Source: a virus (Duplodnaviria; Caudoviricetes). Taken from it: 60,611 bases of DNA. Location of the stretch: the IMG/VR virus record IMGVR_UViG_3300009788_000014, positions 1 to 60,611 of that record; one strand, 5' to 3'. A model generated the notes under the pieces. The model was not told the origin of the DNA. It did no database searches and saw only the letters and a list, made by a program, of their open reading frames with translations. Position numbers and translations under genes: made by a program. This document shows, piece after piece, positions 59,886 through 60,611 of this stretch. Each line of letters opens with the position of its first letter. The stretch's first letter is position 1.

Positions 59886-60026
59886 ATGAAGACCACCAAG
59901 CGCCCTGTCATCTTCAAGTGCCAAGAATGCGGACACGGGTTCCGGTCCGTCAAGGCCGCCGAGAAGGCGGCCTTCGGCGTAAACGGTTGCCCAGTCTGCG
60001 GCGGCGCCGACATCGGCGCCGCTTAG
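59886..60026 (+). CDS. Small zinc-ribbon protein (cassette B)
   Basis: FKCQECGH.F...CPVCGG; GGAG RBS; between paired arms. Confidence 0.7.
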   Translation: MKTTKRPVIFKCQECGHGFRSVKAAEKAAFGVNGCPVCGGADIGAA

Positions 60027-60155
60027 GCAACCGGACGCCCGCAAGGGCGCCCTTGCCGCTTCGCTCTCGAGACAGGGAGAGAGCGAGGGGCGCATACAGC
60101 GCCCCCCCAGCGCAACGCCTGCGCCGATCGCGCAGAGATGGGATTCTAGAGGACG

Positions 60156-60458
60156 ATGTCTACCGAGATTGCTACCTGCTTCTACGAGTCAACCCCGGGA
60201 GTCAGGCCGAAGCTTCCGGCCGGCCTGGAGTACGCCGAGTACGATGAACCGAAGAGCTGGACGTGGATCACCTGCTATGCAGGCTTCGGCACCGTGTCTC
60301 TACGCGTCAAGAATCGATCCGGGCCGCCCCTCGCTTCCCCCCTGGTCCCGACAGGAAATGAGCAAGGGGCGGATTCACCGCCCCGCAACCGCCTCCGCCG
60401 CCGCACCGTTAAACCGCCCCGCAAACCCGGAGAACACGATCATGAGACCTACCACTAA
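60156..60458 (+). CDS. Small hypothetical protein (cassette C; 3' part reads through the arms)
   Basis: GAGGA RBS; first 53 codons protein-like. Confidence 0.55.
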   Translation: MSTEIATCFYESTPGVRPKLPAGLEYAEYDEPKSWTWITCYAGFGTVSLRVKNRSGPPLASPLVPTGNEQGADSPPRNRLRRRTVKPPRKPGEHDHETYH

Positions 60459-60611
60459 ACGTCTCGAAAAAGCACTCGCCGCCCCCGCGATCTCAGACGC
60501 GATCCTCGCAGACGAGGACCTCTCGGGGCGCTACGACTGGAGCCGCGGCGACTCGCCCGAGAAGCGCGCTGCGTCGATCCGCAAGGCGCGCCTCGTTACG
60601 CCGGCGCTCAA
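60442..60611 (+). CDS. Small hypothetical protein spanning the circular junction (stop at 132-134)
   Basis: GGAG RBS; MRPTTKRLEKAL... stays open across the terminal repeat. Confidence 0.6.
   Translation, partial: MRPTTKRLEKALAAPAISDAILADEDLSGRYDWSRGDSPEKRAASIRKARLVTPAL
60506..60611. repeat. Terminal direct repeat, copy 2
   Basis: Identical to 1-106. Confidence 0.95.

Larger units (their letters stand above)
59429..60384 (+). repeat. Array of paired inverted arms enclosing small genes
   Basis: Pairs 59429-59452/59702-59725 (21/24), 59731-59752/59802-59823 (18/22), 59828-59849/60048-60069 (21/22), 60073-60092/60325-60344 (17/20); extra left arm 60352-60372. Confidence 0.85.

Noticed and set aside
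59429-60384. CRISPR array or integron attC array
   Set aside because: Units are inverted pairs with 50-250 bp inserts containing genes; no constant repeat-spacer period, no cas or intI gene, and no RYYYAAC/GTTRRRY ends.

Overview
The window is a complete, circularly assembled genome of a high-GC tailed phage. Bases 1-106 repeat exactly at 60506-60611, giving a unit length of about 60,505 bp. The minus strand carries a siphovirus-type morphogenesis module: TerL, HK97-type portal, prohead protease, major capsid, head-tail proteins, tail tube-like genes, a tail assembly chaperone with a CCCTTTA -1 frameshift, a 1756-aa tape measure protein and tail tip/fibre genes. It also carries a replication initiator containing two 11-bp-period iteron arrays, a Sak4-like AAA ATPase plus SSB, two DNA methyltransferases (the C5 enzyme is dual-coded in two frames), a Gp37/Gp68 (DUF5131) protein and an orphan Phd/YefM antitoxin. 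The plus-strand early/accessory region encodes a Tad1-like anti-defence sponge and an RLIG1/DUF5565-like RNA ligase. I recognised no integrase, DNA polymerase, endolysin, tRNA or CRISPR array. Two non-coding architectures stand out. (1) At 59429-60384, small genes are each enclosed by their own co-varying pair of 20-24 nt inverted arms. (2) At 3393-4280, five sigma70-like promoters are interleaved with repeated hairpins and appear to drive several structured ncRNAs and leaderless ORFs just upstream of Tad1. All family assignments come from motif recognition by eye, not database searches.
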